Position numbers and translations under genes: made by a program | Part shown: positions 11,944 to 24,788 of the stretch, one piece after another | How the letters are laid out: each line of letters starts with the position of its first letter | Numbering within the stretch: the stretch's first letter is position 1 | Notes under the pieces: model-generated | Seen by the model: the letters and a program-made list of their open reading frames with translations, nothing else | What the model was told of the DNA's origin: nothing | The model's database searches: none | NCBI GenBank assembly: GCA_900088475.1 | Contig: FLMG01004215.1 | Coordinates: forward strand, 62,001-126,000 | Source of the DNA: Hyphochytrium catenoides | Lineage: Eukaryota > Protista > Hyphochytriomycota | Direction: 5' to 3' | Length of the DNA: 64,000 nucleotides

Positions 11944-14715
11944 AAAAGCTGATCAAGCCTTCAGTCCAGTTGACTACCCATCCCCGTGGTGCTTTCGTTC
12001 AGAATATCGACAAGGACCACCTCCTGAGGCTAGTTTGCCTGTCACATTAACTCAACTATCTCTATTATTGCATACACTGAGGCCTCACGCCGTCCCACAC
12101 CATATTATGAGCATTCAAATCCGAAATTCCCCACTAGATCCCTACAACTTATCATGGGCAGTCTGCCGCAGACATTCACCGTAAGCTTCTCCAGTTCCAG
12201 GACCCTGTCAACATGGCCCCTACTCTTGAGATATCTTTCTTTAAGTCAACTCGCCGGAGGAAGGATTTATCAAGATCTCGTAAGTTTTCTTGCACAACAT
12301 TAGGCTATTCCAAGCAATAAATCGTCATGAATGAACGACTAGACAACCTGTCCCAAGCCCCAAAAATCAAAGGCTTTGCTAACCTCTCCATTGTTGAATG
12401 GGACACCCTGTGACGCCTTGTACAGTAGGCAAGGGCAAGGAACTTCGTCTAGCAAACAATCTCTCACTTGTAAGCGCCATCTTTGCTCCTCAGTATCATT
12501 CATCATCGTTGTGAAAGTAAGCGATGGTCTATATTCCTGTTGTCAGGCTGTTTAGAGTCGAGAGACTCCCTAGCCGCCAATGCAGAACCATGACGATTCG
12601 TCGGCTTGCGTCCTCCTTCCGACGATCTATCCTTTTCAAGTCCACCATTCCGTCCCCCCTCCTTGTCCTTTCTACCTCAAGTGTTCAATGCGCCTTCTAC
12701 GCCATGACCTCCTTCTCATCATTCTCGGATGTGCAGGTAGGGAAGACCGACGCCCATCATGCCGTCGGTACAAAGGTAGCTCGACATGTTGACCGCTTGC
12801 CATAAGGTGCTTCGTTGGTATTCCTGGAAATCTGGGCGGTTACTTCATATCTCATTGATGGTACAGTGGACGTCACAACCTAGACTACGCTATGTTTGCG
12901 TCCTTACCCTTGGCAGCGGATTTGAATGGCTCCGCTCGGTAGATACCGATGGTCTCTCGAAACCCTATCGCAGATTAGAGACCTCAGACTTCACGGCTCT
13001 GGCATTTCTCCTCTGAGAATGATCTCAACAGTCAGACAAGCAGACTACTTTGCTTTTCAAGCCTTTAATTTACCATCCAGAACAGCTTCAGCTACAAAGC
13101 AGATGTGCTGCTTCTAAATGTAGGACTCCGTGCGGCCATGCGGTGCAAGTAAGAAAGATCACAGCTTTGCTTATGCTCAGCGCACAACGTCACCATGAAT
13201 CCATCTGCAAAAGTAGGGCTGCAAGCCGCCTGACATTCAATGATGACCTTTATCGTGGCGACAGCTATCCCAGACTTCAATGCTAAGAGGCCCACAGCGG
13301 ACCGAATGGAGAGAACAAGCGAGGCATTGAGAGGAAAATTCGCCACAGAAAATTAGTCTCGTTACGAGTAAGGGCACCGAAGGAGTGAGGCTTGACCCAG
13401 TGCAGCGCAAATGCCACTGTCGCTTTGCACAATGAGATCTGAATCCGCTGCTGCAGGGGCTATGGCTGACTCTACCATAGTCGGCTAATTGAGAGAAATT
13501 CGACTAAAAGAGGAGGACGAAGTCAGGAATTGCTAGACAAAGCCTGAATTTGCTCACAGCCCCAAGAAGGACCCACGAAGCAAGAAGTTGCGGTTCCTAC
13601 TGGTAGGATGACAGACCTCACTGCCTTTTTCTGCACTACGCCACACTTATCTTTATCACTTCTCATCAAAACCAATCTACCATGGGCTGAAATTGTTAAC
13701 GCTGTGTCTAGCTCTTTCCTTCTCCTTTACAGCCAAGCACGTGACTCCGGGTGCTAGCCAATCTTAGAACTAGCAAAATCTTCCCTGAGCTGCACCCATA
13801 CTCTAGCGTTTCCCTCAGACAATTGATGAGACTGGCATATTGAGAACAGTTAAGCCCGAGCAGAGTTGTGACCGGTTATATACTATGAACAGTCCCAAAA
13901 GCCACAACAAAAGCGTTTTAGGGAGGCACAGCTCAGAGTTTACCTGGACAAAGTGGTCTCCTCAAATCTCTACAAAGATGGTGACGGAGCTCAGAGACGA
14001 GTGCGACAGCTCTGCACATTCAAAGAAGGGTAGAGCGGACGTACAATCTGCACAGACTCGTTGAGAAAGATTCACCGCTGTGATCTTTGAACTTCTTTAT
14101 CCTTGACATCAACCCAGGAAGAGGTCGGACAGTTCGTGAGCCAGCATCGCCGCGACCATCGGCCGGCCATCAGTGAGTTGAGAGGATGACTCGCGCGCTA
14201 GTCAGTGCGCTCGCCGCTGAAGAAACAGCGCCCGGAACCCCGAAACACAGCAGAAAGCATGCCATCCCTACCTCGACCTGTATGATCAGACCACCATCCC
14301 ATCCAAACCTCACCCTAAGCATGGTTGAGGTGACGACCCTCATAAGCAGTGCGGATCTTGAAGCTAGAAGGACCGTTAGCGTCACGACCTAAATTCGATG
14401 GTGTTGCCTGTATGAATGTTAGGCGAAGGGATCGCCCTAGAAATGTACGGTGAGGTCATGAGTCTACCGCCTAAACCTAAAGGATCCTCCAGCCAATCAG
14501 AGGCCAGGGATGGGTGTTGGGCCTCTCTCTAAATAGCGCGGGAGTAGTAATGCGAGACGTTATAATTGGATGCAAGGGGATAGTATGGGAAGGCGTTTAT
14601 GTTCTCTAATAATAGGCTTGGTGATCGGTCATCCTCTCGACTTCCTGCCGCCTCTCCTCCTGTTGCTCCTTCGTCCACCTGGATTCATGAGAACTCGGAG
14701 CCTCGCGTGTGATGG

Positions 14716-14721
14716 CTCTGT

Positions 14722-14759
<38 letters not shown>

Positions 14760-14917
14760 TTCTCCTTTCTCTTTTCTCTCTCTTTCTCTCTCTTTCTCTC
14801 TCTCTCTCTTTCTGTCGCTCTCTCGCTCTTTTGCTCTCTTGCTCTCTCTATTCTCTCTCTTTTTGCCCCTTGACACCTCTTTCTCCCTTTGCCTTCCTCT
14901 CTCTTTCATCGCTCTCA

Positions 14918-14960
<43 letters not shown>
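14716..14960. repeat. Long compound (CT)n/(GA)n microsatellite
   Basis: About 240 bp dominated by ctctctct runs; it generates the SLSLSL and ERERER pseudo-ORFs. Confidence 0.95.
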
Positions 14961-15542
14961 CACCACCGCCACTCTGTTATCTCTCTCTTGGCTTGTTTTC
15001 CTCTTTTTCCTGTCCGCTCTGTTCTGCCGAGAGGTTGGCCGTGCAGAGCAAGGAAGAAGCTTGTTGGTCATCATCATTCCGTCCTCCTCCTTGAACGCTC
15101 TTTGTTCCTCTTCTTCTGTCAGCTCCACGGCTGGTTCCTCAAGCTGCGAACCGTCAAACATTCGGACATTTACTTGAGACGCAGAGACAGGAACATAACA
15201 TAAGCTTTGCTAGTTCTAAAGAAGGACGCCAGTCTGCTGACCTTCTAAAGACAGCAAGAGACAATAAGTGGGAACGGGAAGAAGGAAGGACAAGCTGGAG
15301 TAGTCTTTGGTACGAATCAGCGGTCTGACAGCCTGGCCAAAGGGCACATCCAAAAAGGGTCTCCAACCCATTAGCTTCAGACAGACATTCACCCTTGCCA
15401 GTAGCGCGCAAACGGCTGCATCAGCGTCTGGTATCTCTACAGATAGCCTTCACACCATCTCTACCGTTGCCATCTGCAGCCACAAAGCAAAGTGCAACTA
15501 GTGACTTGAGGTCACAAGAAAGCGGCAGATCAGTTCACGGCT

Positions 15543-16496
15543 ATGGTGATGGCGATAGTGGAGGCAGTGTCATGCCAGCTAGATGGCGGCAGCACTATCA
15601 GAAAAGAAGCTCCAGTCTGGAGCACATTCGATAGCAACATGCGATATAGGCTATTCAGCAAGAGCTCAGGAAGAGATAGCGAAACCTGCCGAGAGAGCTT
15701 CGAGGAGAGCCGAGCGGTGAGCGTGGCTCCGTTGAAGGCACATCATGTAGACTCCTTCGTATGGCCAGAGAAGGGACCTTCTAAGGCTTCGCGGACGGTC
15801 GACTCTCCGTCAAGGTCCAGGGAAGATGTAGACATGAAGCTATTCGACGAGGAGGAAAACAGACAGGAGCTTTCTTCCGGCTCAATCAATGGTTTGGATG
15901 TTTTCATGAAGTACGTGCCGGACAAGGTGGAGCCCTTGACCCTGGACGGCCGGCCACGTTCTCGTCATCTCCACATCGTATTGCCTTCTACACGCACTGG
16001 GAGAAGGGCAAGCTTCGTCTTGTGCAAAAGGACAGGCCCCAGCAATCGAGGTTCTCCTACTTCCAAAGAGAAGAGCAGTCCTGGGCGACGCTCCCCATGC
16101 TCATTCGCAAAGAGCTCACAGTACGCGGAACGGCTAGCACTCGTTCAGGAGAAGATCGTCAGACTGAAGGAATCAACGGACGGAAAGGAGGCGATCTTAA
16201 ACATTCTATTTCCGCAAGGTTTTGAGTCCGAGGCACCAAGAGACAATGCGGTGGTTCATCGGCGTTATAGTCTCACAAGGCAGGAGTATGAAGTCATAGA
16301 GCAGCATTTTGAGAGAGAAGGAGAGGAGGTGTGCTTCGAGTCCTTGGAGGGCGTCGATGCAGAGCTGTCCTCTCTCGCTTTTGCCCTTACTTCTGATAGC
16401 TGCGTCTCCGTCGAGTCGGAGGTACAGAAGGCAGTGGAAGACTTAAGCTGGCAAGGTGACATCATTACCTTCGACACACTCATCATCCAGAGCTGA
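15543..16496 (+). CDS. Intronless hypothetical protein (317 aa)
   Basis: 954-bp uninterrupted ORF with Ser/Glu/Arg-rich composition and an acidic C-terminus; converges on UTP13. No family recognised. Confidence 0.7.
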   Translation: MVMAIVEAVSCQLDGGSTIRKEAPVWSTFDSNMRYRLFSKSSGRDSETCRESFEESRAVSVAPLKAHHVDSFVWPEKGPSKASRTVDSPSRSREDVDMKLFDEEENRQELSSGSINGLDVFMKYVPDKVEPLTLDGRPRSRHLHIVLPSTRTGRRASFVLCKRTGPSNRGSPTSKEKSSPGRRSPCSFAKSSQYAERLALVQEKIVRLKESTDGKEAILNILFPQGFESEAPRDNAVVHRRYSLTRQEYEVIEQHFEREGEEVCFESLEGVDAELSSLAFALTSDSCVSVESEVQKAVEDLSWQGDIITFDTLIIQS

Positions 16497-16772
16497 GAGG
16501 CGCATCTCTACCCTGTACCATATACTCTTCTAGAAAGAGACGATGCATAGAACTCTGCACATAGACTGCTAACTATTTATTTAAGAGTCTGCGTCCTAGG
16601 ACGCGCTATTTCTTTCACTCCGTTGGCTTCCTCAAGAGCTATTGTGTCTAGGCTTTACGAAGTGTTTCTTTTCTGTCAACTGTCTCGGACAGGATGGCTC
16701 CCTTCGTGAAGAGTGAGACGCTATTACATAGAATCTTTATGAGCAGAACTTCTCTTTATAGTTACCTTGCTC

Positions 16773-19700
16773 TTACGTCTTCGTCTTTCTCTTCTTTCTT
16801 TTAGGTTTCTGACCTCTCTTCTCCTCAACCTCCTTTCCTGTTCCGAACGGAGATTGATCGCCTGCCTCTGTGTCAGTCTTATCCTCTAGTGCCTGCTGTC
16901 CTACGCTTTCTGGCTCCTTCTGATCGTCAAATCCCTCGTCTTGCTTCACCTGACCAATCGCAGTTCCTGGTACTAACTGCTGCATGGAAGTAAGAGTGAA
17001 GTCCAAGAGGAATGACTGTTGGACTAAGCGATCCAGTCGCTGAAAATGCCGCTCACTATAAGAGATAAGCCCGTCTAACAGTTCTCCTACACCTTCCACC
17101 TTCTTCAACTCTGCTGGTCCGTGGCACTGAAGAATGCTCTTCACCACCTGCTGAGAGACGCTACTTCTGTTCGCATTCGTATTCCAGTCTCTACACAGCA
17201 TAAGTAGCTTCCTGATGTCGTCCAGTGGCGCCTCAAGTACGTACTTGTCCAAGCTCATGTTGCTCTCCCGAAGAGCGGTTCTGGGATGGTCTATCAGCTC
17301 TGAGAGTATACTCAACACCCTTTGAGGTCTGTTTAGCTCCAGAGCCAGTGAAAGAGCGCGAGGGTAGTCCTTCTTGCCTATCAGGTTGTACAGATCTTGC
17401 TCTTTCAGAATCTTCTGCTCGTTCTCCTCCATCAGCTGCTCCGCCTGCTCCACTGTGTTGTCCTCCCATACACAGATAGCAGAGTCCGCTCCCCCTGTCA
17501 CTACTTCTCTGCCGTCTGGGGATACTGCCAAGGCCCAAATCTTATCGTCATGGGCGTCAAATGTGTTCTCGCAGACATTATTTCGGATGGTCCATAACTT
17601 TACCAACCCATCTGCACCGGAAGACACAAGTTGCATGCCAGCAGTAATGAACTGAACCTTCAAGACAGAGGCCGTATGGCCTTCAAATGTTTTGAGACAA
17701 CTGTAGTCCTTCATAGACCAGATACGAATGGTTCGATCTCCACTGGAACTTGCCAATACCTGGTCCACAGGGGAGAACTCGACGCACCAAACACCTCGCT
17801 TGTGCCCTCGACAGGCTGCAACTAAGCCCAGATCCTCAGATCTCCAGATCTTGATTGTCTTATCTTGAGACCCCGTGGCTATGAAGCGATCATTGGGAGA
17901 CACCGTCACGGAGTTGATGTCCTTATCGTGCGCCCTCTGCGTTACCTTGGACGAGAAGCGCAACGCTTCTTCCTCTTTCCCCTCAACCTCTCCCTCGGGC
18001 GCTACTGGCTCCTTTTGCTTTCTTTTTGCTCTTCCATTGTATATGTCTTTCAAAGCCCGAAGGCTCCAAAACTTGAGTGTCTTGTCCTGACTGCCAGTCA
18101 CGGCAAAGCCGACTCCAGATTTGAAGTTCCCTACCTTTTTGGAAAAGCTCACAGCTCCTACTGCCTCGGTGTGACCTATAAACGTCCCCAGACAGGAATT
18201 CGTTCCCAAGTCCCAGAGTCTTGCAGTCTTATCCTTGGAGACCGATACCAACCAACGTCCATCCGGACTGACGTCAAGACCAAGAACAATGTCGTGATGT
18301 CCGGCTAATATTTGCCACGAGAAGCGCTCCAAGTCCAGAACGCGTACTTTCTCACTGTTGGTGGCCACTGCAACGCGGGAAGGATTCGAGCTACTGCTGT
18401 CAGAAGTCTCATTGCTTGATAAGTTTGATTGTGCACTTTGGCCCTCTCTGTCCGCAGGTTGAGGGATATATCGTACCTCTATGACCTCGTCATTGTAACC
18501 CACGAGGAGTTTGGTCCGTTCCAAATCTGGGGTGTACATTAAGAGATTCTGGTCGTGGGTGGAAACCACGAGAAGCTTTCTTCTATGTGAGAGAGAGAGT
18601 CCGGTGTAGTGGAAGGCATTGAGGGAACGCTTTTCTGTCATGATATTCTTACAAGAGACTGGTGGGCTGCTCCCGGGAGGTTTGCGGGTGACATTCCACA
18701 TTCTGAGTTGCCCTCGATCTCCTGCAGTGACAAAGAGGAGGCCGGGATCTGCCAGTTCACTGGGCTCCATTCCCTTTGCGAGCACACAAAGCCCCTCAAG
18801 CACTTCGTAGACCGGTACAGTTATCAGAAGCTTGAAGGACCGGAGATCGTAGAGGTTGACTACTTTGTCTCGCCCGCCGCTAACCAATGTCCAGCCATCA
18901 GGAGAAAACGAGGCAGCAGTCAAAGCGCTAAGATGGTGCTTGAAAACTGCGGAACAGGAGGAGGTAACGAGATCCCACACTCTAAGCGAGGAGTCCTCTC
19001 CTCCGCTAGCAAGCTGCAGCGTGTTCTCCCTTGGGTTAAATTTCAGTACTGTCACAATGCCCTCATGTCCCTTAAAGCTGTGAGTGACAAATCCACGGTC
19101 AATGTCAAAGACTCGAACCGAACGGTCACTGCTGCCTGTCGCTACGAGGGTGCCCGAGGGGTCCACGTCCATCGCCAATATATAGCCCTCTTGGGCCTGC
19201 GGCCATCAAAGTAGAGAAACAACGACGCAAATTCGGCAATTAGCGCTTGTTACGACTTTGTAGGAATTCTTGATGCCAACACCACGAGAAAGAAGGAGAG
19301 ACAATACTCTTACCACGATGCAACAGAGGCGAAGGAGGAAGACAGGGATGTAGAGACAGGTGGGAGGAACATTAAGACAAGCAAGAGCTAAGGAAAGGAC
19401 AAACAACTGGGCAGAAACGGACGCCGGGCACCGGTGGTCCGACTTACTGACCTTCATTGTTTTCAGACAAGTGAGGGTCTCGCAGTCCCACACGCGGATT
19501 AGCTGGTTCCTACTAGCAGTGATCAGCTGCGTAGAGTAGCGTAGAGCGAAAGCGGTAATCGACTCCTTGTTCTGATGAATAAAGGGAAGAAAAGGACAAG
19601 CTTAAGGAGAGTCACGGACGGAAGAGTAGTCAGAGGGAAGGCAAAAACCACATCCAGAAGAATTTCAATAAAGATCTATGAGGGGGATACGCCAGAGGCA

Positions 19701-20133
19701 GAGGCTGAAGACGATGTCCGGCATAAGACGACCAAGATAGGAGCAGAAAAGCAAGCCCTGAAGTTTTAGGAACAGAGCTAACATAAAGTCACAACTGGGC
19801 TATGTGAGCAAGAATCACGATCTCTCGAAAGCGAGACGGCGGAGAGCTTAACCCTGAGCAACGGGAGGCGTGGCGTGGTGATAGTTACTATACCGTGACT
19901 TTCTCTTGGAGTCGCTTTACAACCTCTCCGGACTTCACATCTACGAAGACCACATCTTCTTCATAGAGGCAGACAAAGAACTTCCCAGTCCTGTCCACCT
20001 CCACTTTTCCTCCTGCATAAAAGCCTGTGTGCTTCTTCTTCACCTTCCAGCTCTTGCTAAGTCCTTTATGCAGAGGCTTCAAGGTGGCTAAGGAGGGCAT
20101 TTCACCCTGGACCACGCCGTCTTCCTCCATCAT
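16773..20133 (-). CDS. TBL3: U3 snoRNP protein Utp13 / transducin beta-like 3 (WD40 repeats plus Utp13 C-terminal domain)
   Basis: N-terminal FYAGGKV, many WD40 repeats (AHDKDINSVTVSPNDRFIATGSQDK, GHKRGVW), C-terminal CRDWNTNA...YSERHFQRLDRL; one exon of about 2.4 kb. Confidence 0.95.
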
Positions 20134-21294
20134 CTTTGGTATCTACTGGTTACTGCTTACTCAGCTACAGAGCTCGCTCTCTTCAATAGTGATGTCCCGG
20201 CCTTTCCTTCGGACGCTCTTTCCCTTCGCCTTGCCCTTCCTCGATCGCGGGCTTTCACTGCGCTCCACTACCCCTCATGTCAAAGAGCCCCGAGTGTCTT
20301 CTGGAGGAGGATGACAGCGTAACCCTACCAAAGAGAGCACAATTCGGAGACGACCTCGCTCTTCGCAGTGACGAGGGAAGAGGGCCTCCAGTCTCTTTCA
20401 TCTGTTATCTCGCTGGCCGGGTGATGAAGAGTTCTTACCCCTTCAGAACACAGCGCAAGCCCACAAACAGAGACATGCACGAGGTACAGTGCTCCACGAA
20501 ACAGAATGACTTGCTGACATAGTGTTTTGTAGTTAGGACCAATGGTCGAGTGTAGAGTGTACCCCGAGACAGAGTGAAGAGGAAATGCGATAGTCCTCAT
20601 ACTAAAGGTCTCTCAGCTCAACAAGCCTCGCTGCCCAATCAACCCAAACGTGACCCAGGTTACCCACCCAAGTATTCAGTGAGTCTTGCAGATGATTATT
20701 TCATTTCAACTGCTCATATCTTTCAGTAAAGAACGCTTCTATCCGCGGGAATATTAGGGTCCCTCCTAAACTACAGCGCTGAATAATTCCACGAAACATT
20801 GGGGTTATCTTGAAGCTCGTTCGTTCGAAAAGAAGCGCCTGAAGAGCTTCATCGGCGACGCAGGCGCGGCGGCTGATTCCCCGCCTGCCAGCCCAGCGCC
20901 ACGGTCCAGATGATCAGAAGCGCTCGGTCTTCATCCCGCTCACGTTATACGACGGCTTGATGTGCAGCTAGAAGGGACCTTTGACGTGAGAAGAGACCGG
21001 TGGGGCTTTGAGTTAAGGTGGGATGTCAGATGGTCTAAAGCGTGGAGTTTACCTGCAATAGGAAGATTATTTTTATAGCCTTGTACCTTCCTTTGGTATA
21101 TGATCGTTACCCTTCTTGGGTCCATCACTTCTCTTCTCTCAATCTCCGTCCAATGAACCGTCATCCCCATCCCATTCCTATGAAATCCCCTCACTCTAGT
21201 CCCCACCATTCTCTTCCAAATTGGTCTTCGGGTCATGCATCAGGGTAACCCTTAGCTGTCCCTGTCCATGCTTCCGATAAAGGTTACTCGCCAG

Positions 21295-24200
21295 ATGGAC
21301 TACACTATGACTGGCGCTCTGCTGCTTTTACTACTCTTCTCCCTCGTACAGCTGTCATTGCAGGTAAGAGCAAGAAGTAGCTAGAAAGAACAATTGCAAT
21401 ATTGAGGAGGCAAAGCGGTGTGTCCCATTGTTAGCTGGAAACAACCATGCAGTCAGGTTATCAGTTTGGTTCTGCTCGATCTGCTTGACTCACGGCGGCT
21501 TCTTTGTCATTCTAGGGACACCCTCTGGGCACCTTACAAGTGCATCATCAAGGGGAGACTCACATCCTCACGTTGTTTCCGGAGCAAGACACATTCGAGG
21601 TTGCCCATTCTTTCTGCTTCGCTCAGGGGCTCCTGAGAGATGACTCTTGTGTTCAGCAAGTGAAGGTGGCGTTAGAGACCCAATTGAAACCCTACCGACA
21701 GGTCAGGCATCGTCCAAGCTCCTCTTTGTGTTTGTCTGATACCGCCACAGCTCTTCCTAAGTTCCCTCTTGCTTCCTCATAACTCCTTGTAACGTGATCT
21801 TTTCCGAAGTTACATTTCTGAGAACAAGTAGCTCTCTCTCTTTCCATCTTCTCCCCCGGTAGGGAAAATAAATAGCTGACAGATTTGTTCATGTTAACTA
21901 GGATGTCAACGTAGAAAAGCAACTAGGTGAGGCAGAAGAGGAGAATGCTCGGCTGAATGGGGAAGTAAAACGGAAGGAGGCGGGATCCGACAAGAGCTCT
22001 TCCCGTTTGGATACTTTTCCCCTCGGTGTGGTCCTGACTGTCTTCGACACTAATGGCGTCGGCCAAAAGAAGACAATTCAGTTTGTACCGGATCCTATGG
22101 CTCCTCTGGGTGCATCCATCGCCTCCTTCTGCGCAGAATGGGAAGTCAAAAGGCAAGACTGTCTCACACTTCTCAAGGAGGCACAAAGAAGAGCTAAGGT
22201 CAAGTTGGCAGGTTAGCAAATCAAGCCTCATTCATTAAGGGGCGTTGCCCTTCTCCAAATGTACTCTTGCCGCTCTGTACTGTCCTCAAATGGGTCCTTG
22301 CTCGCTCTTGTCCTCTAGCTTCCCAGTGAGTATCTAATAGTCTCTTACTTTATCTGCCACTGCTCTGCACGTTTACGTAATAGATCCTGCAGGTGCTTTA
22401 GAGCAGACCAAAGGTACAGCGGAAGGAGCAGACCAGGAGTTGGGGGGTCTATTTGAAGGGGAAGTAATCGAGGAAGCGAGAAGAGAAAACCCTTTAGTCT
22501 ATGAGACAGTGCCAGCATGTCATGAGGAGGCACAGGCACCATCGAACTGTACGGCAGCGATGGGGCCCAGATCCGAGCAATACGTTGAGTTTGTGGAAGG
22601 CGAAAAGGAAGGAAGAACAGTCAAGTACTCTTTCCCAGTGACACTGGACAGACGGGTTATGGACCTGGAAGTCCTAGATGGAGCGTCGGTTGAAGAGGCG
22701 GGTAAGCACAGGAGAACATTTTAGCAATTTGGGGCAACTGAATAAGATTGATGATCACTTAGTCAATTAGTGTTCGTGAGAGATAGTAGACTTGGTGATA
22801 GGCTTTTAGCAGGCTCTCTTATCACCGACTGACTCTGTCCCTTTTTCATCATGCAGCCCAGCAGTTTATTGACAAGAATCAACTAAATCCAGCACACCGC
22901 CCAGCGATAGAACGCTTCTTAAGAAATGCTCTTATGCAGACTTCCACTCACTCCCACAGTCTTCTGGCCAAGCAGCTGAAGGGAGCGACCCTCAACAATC
23001 TCCTTTCCCGCTCTACATCAATACATCCACACTCTACCTCAGCGCATCACGAAGTGCTTCATCATAATCAACTTGCACGTAGCCCTGATGTCCAGGACGC
23101 CCGTGCTGGGGGTATAAACCAGTACGGAGATCAAAGGATTGTCTTAACCTTAGACATCGATGTGGACGACGTGAAGTTCAAGTTCAAGCTGCTAGAGAAT
23201 GAAACTCCTGAAAACGCAGTGACGAGGTTCTGCCAGGAAACCGGGGTCCCAGAAAAATTTGCGCCGGCGATAGTTCAGGGTGTCTATCAGCATTTAGAGC
23301 GGCAGGGTAAAGCGATAATGGATACGCTACCTAGCAGGTGAGACAGTGCGGTTCTAAAGTAACAGTTCCACGGGCACAGCTCTCTCATTTTCTTGACTAC
23401 CCTTAGCTCACCGCTGCATCTCTATATAAGTGAATGGAGCTTACGCTTTCTATGCCACTTGCCAACAACGTGGGAACCTTCTCTTCAGGCCATTGTGGCC
23501 CTCTAATCTCCTTACTTTTCACTCTTAATATAGGGCCAGCACCCCATCGTCTTCGCCAGACAATACCTCAGATTCCCTTCGGAATGTATCCGGGATAAAC
23601 TTGGAGGAAATCTTTGCAATCTTGGCGGAGCTCCACGAGCCATATCCACAAAACGTCAGCGAAGTTGACATCGTTTTGGCTGCACAAGATCCAGATGCCA
23701 TCCATGTAGATGAGACAGTCTACTGCTCAGTAGTTGCTCTCTTGCTACTCTTGATCCTGCATTGTGCAGGGTTCAGATTTCCGGAGGAACCAGAGGAACA
23801 GCATCAGAAGGGACCCCGCCTCACACTCAACGTAAAAGAGAAGGCAATGTTTGAGCCTTCAAGAAGTCCAGAGCGGACTTCTCCCACTTTCAGCGAAAAC
23901 AGTGAGCCTGAAGTTGATCCCCATCCCGAACGGGAGGATATATCTCTTCTAATACCGTTCTTGCTGCACAAATTGATGGCCATGGAAGGAATGGCGTCAG
24001 GTAAGGAAGAAGTAAGCCTCAATGCCGCGGTCAGCAGGTAAATTCTAACTCCTGTTACTACCTTCCACGTGTCGCTGCACCTCAGTCTGCATATGCTCTC
24101 CAAATGGTGATGTCAAAGGGCAAACCGGAGGTGAGAGCTGGGATAAACAAGGGGTGAAGGAGGCCCTCAAAGCGTCACAGGTGTGTGCCATTACCCTCAC

Positions 24201-24733
24201 GCTCTGTTGCAGAATCATGCTAACTGGACATCATAACCTCCCTTCTGCCATCCATTCTAATTCTACTCTTGCCTTGACCTCCTTTTTCGCTTTTGCAGCG
24301 GTCGGTCTTCACCGTGGGTAAGGTGCAGTTTCATGTGAAAGAGAAGAGTCGACATGGCAAGCTGATGTTAGCGACGTCGAAAGATGAGCGGCATGAACTG
24401 GTGAGCTGACATCTATTCTTCCTTAACTTCTTTGTATCTTCCACCCGGGGCATCCCTCACATTTATCCTTTTCTGATGATATACTTTCTCGAGACGTATC
24501 CCAGCCTATTGCTCTTTAAAATCCGTGGATCTTGGAGGCTATGTATCCTCCTAGAGCTCTCTACTCTAACGACTAGGGTTTAAGATCATTGCTTAATTGA
24601 CTCCCTCCTGTCCCCAATTCTTCAGCTTGTGCTGCGATCTAGGGCGCTGCTGTTCCTCGTCAAAGTCAAACTGGGAGGCCAGGCTAAAGTTCGCAGCCGT
24701 CTTCTTGAAGTCTGCCACTTCCTGGAGCTCTGA
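21295..24733 (+). CDS. Uncharacterised type-I membrane protein: signal peptide, four PFU-like repeats, one TM helix, cytosolic tail
   Basis: Signal-like MTGALLLLLLFSLVQLSLQG; phase-consistent exons across about 8 GT-AG introns; TM segment VYCSVVALLLLLILHCAGF; last exon LVLRSRALLFLVKVKLGG...CHFLEL*. Confidence 0.75.
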
Positions 24734-24788
24734 GGGCAAGACTAGTTGTCCCACTTTTCAACGTTTTTGTGCGAAAAGGCAGCTCAGA

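Noticed and set aside
14570-15203. Plus-strand ORFs of 174, 112 and 104 aa rich in SLSLSL
   Set aside because: They are artefacts of the stop-free CT microsatellite.
17225-19214. Several plus-strand ORFs of up to 201 aa
   Set aside because: They are antisense shadows of the large UTP13 exon.
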